From NCBI RefSeq assembly GCF_963676685.1, contig NC_092354.1:64170001-64234000 (forward strand): a stretch of 64,000 nucleotides of DNA, given 5' to 3'. Origin of the DNA: Mytilus edulis. Its lineage: Eukaryota. This document shows, one piece after another, positions 62,092 to 64,000 of this stretch. A model generated the notes under the pieces. The model was not told where the DNA came from, did not search any database, and saw only the letters and a list, made by a program, of their open reading frames with translations. Within the stretch, counting starts at the first letter, position 1. The number at the start of each line of letters is the position of its first letter. The position numbers and the translations under genes are program-made.

Positions 62092-64000
62092 AAAAACCTC
62101 AAATAGGCCAATTATCTCCCTTTAAAGAATTGAAACCAGAGGTATTCGGGAAAAAACAGGTTACAATTAGTGACAGCAGTGCTGTTCATTGTAACTTGAC
62201 AGACTTTAATAGTGGCCTTAGAGAATTAAAACCAGAGGTATTGGGAAAAAAACAGGTTACAATTAGTGACAGCAGTGCTGTTCATTGTAACTTGACAGAC
62301 TTCAATAGTGGCCAAAAGGAAGATACAAAGAATGGTATTGATAATCCTCAATTACGTGAGGTTCAACTGTATCCAAGTGATCGAAATCCAGAATCCAATA
62401 CTCTTGTGTTAGGTATTTCAATTAATGAGGTAACTGTAAACGCAGTAATTGATACAGCTGCCCAGGTCACACTTATGAGTGAAGAATTTGCAAAGAAACT
62501 TAAGCCTCCGGTAATTTTTAAAGGCTCGCTAATGTTGAAAGGTGCTGGAAAAGACAATAGCATTACAGCAAGGTACACAGAATGTGTTACAGTTAAGGTA
62601 GGGAAGACTGATACCAAGTGGAAAATTATAGTAGCTAAAATCAATGATCAAGTGATACTAGGATTAGACTTTCTTAAACATCTTGATGCCGTGATAGATT
62701 TGACTGACTTGTCAATAACAATTAGAGGTGAAAAACATTTTATTAATGAAGTTAAATCAGAAAACAGTAGTTTTAAAATTTGCCGCATAACGTTGGAAGA
62801 GACTCTTATTGTTCCACCTAATTCAACTGTCAGACTACCAGTAAGATTGGCAGAGGAATTTAAAAATGAAGTGGCTATTCAACCAAGTAAGTCTTTGAAT
62901 GGGCTGATTATGCCAAATATTTTGACCAAAGCTGATTCAAGAGTACCTATTATCCTAAACAATTTGACAGATAAGTCCATAAGTCTGAAGAAAAATCGCT
63001 TCATTGGTACAGCAATGGAAATTTGTGGGGTGATAGATGAGGAAAGGTGTGATTATGAGGACAGAGCATCAGTAAGGTCAGTTAACACAGTGGAGAGGGA
63101 ACTTAGAGACTTAAAAAATGAATGGGATGAAATGTATTCCAATTTTCCTGTACAATTAAAACCTTTATTAGATTCGTCAAAGGAAAATTTAGATTTAAGC
63201 GAAAATCTGAGATTGGCGTCACTATTGTTGGACTTTAAAGATACCTTCTCAAAACATGATCTCGACATTGGACATTATACCAAGGTTAAGCATAGGATCG
63301 ACACTGGAAACTCAGCTCCTGTAAGAGAAAGAATGAGACGAACACCACTAGGGTTAGAAGAAGAAGAAGAAAAGCATCTCAAAGATTTATTAAATAGAGG
63401 AGTCATACAGCCATCATCATCAGAATGGAGTGCAGCCCCAGTACTAGTTCGCAAGAAGGATGGGAAGATCAGGTACTGTATTGATTACAGGAAATTAAAC
63501 TCTATTACTCGAAAAGACGCATTTCCGATTCCAAGAATAGAGACCTGTATCGACACTTTGAGAGGTAGTAAATTTATGTCCTGTCTAGACATGGCATCAG
63601 GATATTATCAGGCTGAGATACACGAGGACGATAGACACAAGACAGCATTCATAACTAAATATGGACTTTTCGAACACATAAGACTCAGTTTTGGATTATG
63701 TAACAGTCCTGCATTCTTTCAGCGGATGATAGAGTTAATTTTGACAGGTTTGACATGGAAAATATGTCTAGCATACATTGATGATGTTATTGTTCTGGGT
63801 GAAGATTTTGAAGATCATCTTGTAAATTTAAGAACTGTACTAGAAAGATTCAGGGAAAATAATTTGAAATTAAAGCCACAAAAATGCAAATTTTTCCAAA
63901 AAGAAGTTATTTTCTTGGGTAAACTGGTAAATGAGAAAGGAATAGCTGTTAATCCCTCTAGTAGAGAAGTTATATTGAATTGGCCGGTTCCTCTGACGAA
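62049..64000 (+). CDS. pol: Gypsy Pol (protease, RT), partial, -1 frame relative to gag
   Basis: VIDTAAQVT protease; WSAAPVLVRKKDGKIRYCIDYRKLN, LDMASGYYQ, FGLCNSPA, YIDD; no stop seen before the window end. Confidence 0.92.

Larger units (their letters stand above)
58746..64000 (+). mobile_element. Ty3/Gypsy LTR retrotransposon, 5' part, apparently intact
   Basis: 5' LTR, PBS, ~1.2-kb leader, open gag and open pol running off the window. Confidence 0.92.

Noticed and set aside
60129-63268. Antisense ORFs over gag and pol
   Set aside because: Shadow ORFs of the coding strand with no motifs

Overview
AT-rich, intron-containing metazoan DNA. The repeat content (Penelope-like RT fragments, ~360-nt hammerhead retrozymes, HINE-type elements, a C1qDC exon) points to a bivalve, probably Mytilus; this is an inference. 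Host genes: (i) the terminal exon of a C1q-domain gene (+, 5989-6392); (ii) a complete 20-exon VWA7-like gene on the minus strand (ATG 56684 to stop 18917), which I assembled by hand. All 19 introns are GT-AG and phase-consistent, giving 3003 nt / 1000 aa. The protein has a signal peptide, a HET-C/Zn-phospholipase-C-like N-domain whose metal ligands are substituted, a VWA domain with intact MIDAS, Ig-like beta domains, a TM helix and a short cytoplasmic tail. Mobile DNA: a degenerate DIRS-order tyrosine-recombinase retrotransposon with split direct repeats and a Dam-like domain (870-5735); a three-level nest of Penelope-like element > BEL/Pao LTR element > solo LTR, the last two with exact TSDs (7120-16865); hammerhead retrozyme copies; a ~4.15-kb intronic foldback (38039-42189); many MITE/HINE elements; and the 5' part of an intact-looking Gypsy element (58746-64000). 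The Gypsy Gag starts with a ComEA-like helix-hairpin-helix domain, and pol appears to be reached by a -1 frameshift.
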